DNA from: a virus
Lineage: Duplodnaviria > Heunggongvirae > Uroviricota > Caudoviricetes
Virus record (IMG/VR): IMGVR_UViG_2681813320_000017
Length of the DNA: 4,569 nt
Strand: one strand, 5' to 3'
Shown here: piece by piece, positions 4,336 through 4,569 of the stretch
Numbering within the stretch: position 1 is the stretch's first letter
How the letters are laid out: every line of letters begins with the position of its first letter
Notes under the pieces: model-generated
Database searches by the model: none
The model's input: only the letters and a program-made list of their open reading frames with translations
Told to the model about the DNA's origin: nothing
Program-made: the position numbers and the translations under genes

Positions 4336-4569
4336 ATGGAACAAACAAGTTACAGCAAACTATCACAGCGCGACGTTGATCGCGCAGAAACAGATTTACT
4401 TATCAACCTGTCAACGCTTACCCAGCGCGGTCTGGCAAAGATGATTGGCTGTCATGAATCGAAGATAAGCAGAACGGACTGGAGATTTATTGCTTCGGTC
4501 TTGTGTGCTTTCGGAATGGCATCAGACATCAGTCCGATTAGCAGGGCTTTTAAGTATGCGCTTGATGAA
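4336..4569 (+). CDS. cII: CII-like transcriptional activator, N-terminal 78 codons; runs off the right edge of the window
   Basis: ATG at 4336-4338, open to the window end, so absent from the ORF track. Translation: MEQTSYSKLSQRDVDRAETDLLINLSTLTQRGLAKMIGCHESKISRTDWRFIASVLCAFGMASDISPISRAFKYALDE. The HTH followed by ...KISR..W resembles the lambda CII helix-turn-helix region (..VDKSQISRWKRDW..). Position after cro and nutR matches lambda gene order. Confidence 0.7.
   Translation, partial: MEQTSYSKLSQRDVDRAETDLLINLSTLTQRGLAKMIGCHESKISRTDWRFIASVLCAFGMASDISPISRAFKYALDE

Noticed and set aside
1-4569. CRISPR arrays, tRNA/rRNA genes, IS elements or attachment sites
   Set aside because: No direct-repeat/spacer periodicity, no tRNA-like cloverleaf candidates, and no terminal inverted repeats flanking a transposase-like ORF were seen. 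The window is a contiguous lambdoid immunity region.

Overview
This window reads as the immunity/early-control region of a lambda-like (lambdoid) temperate phage or prophage, in lambda orientation. Leftward (minus strand) early-left genes: gam (partial, short form) - kil - cIII - an unknown 156-aa gene - N antiterminator, preceded by a nutL site (boxA + boxB hairpin) and a pL/OL region. Then a leftward lysogenic operon: cI repressor (LexA-like S24 fold) followed by two translationally coupled genes of unknown function (about 106-111 aa and 227 aa) ending in an intrinsic terminator. Rightward (plus strand): OR/pR - cro - nutR (boxA + boxB) - cII (partial, runs off the right edge). The most interesting feature is the two-gene cassette at 2057-3075, which sits exactly where lambda carries rexA-rexB but does not resemble RexAB; it is a candidate undescribed prophage-encoded exclusion/abortive-infection module. 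All identifications are from reading the sequence and recalled protein sequences; no database search was run. No tRNA, rRNA, CRISPR array or IS element was seen.
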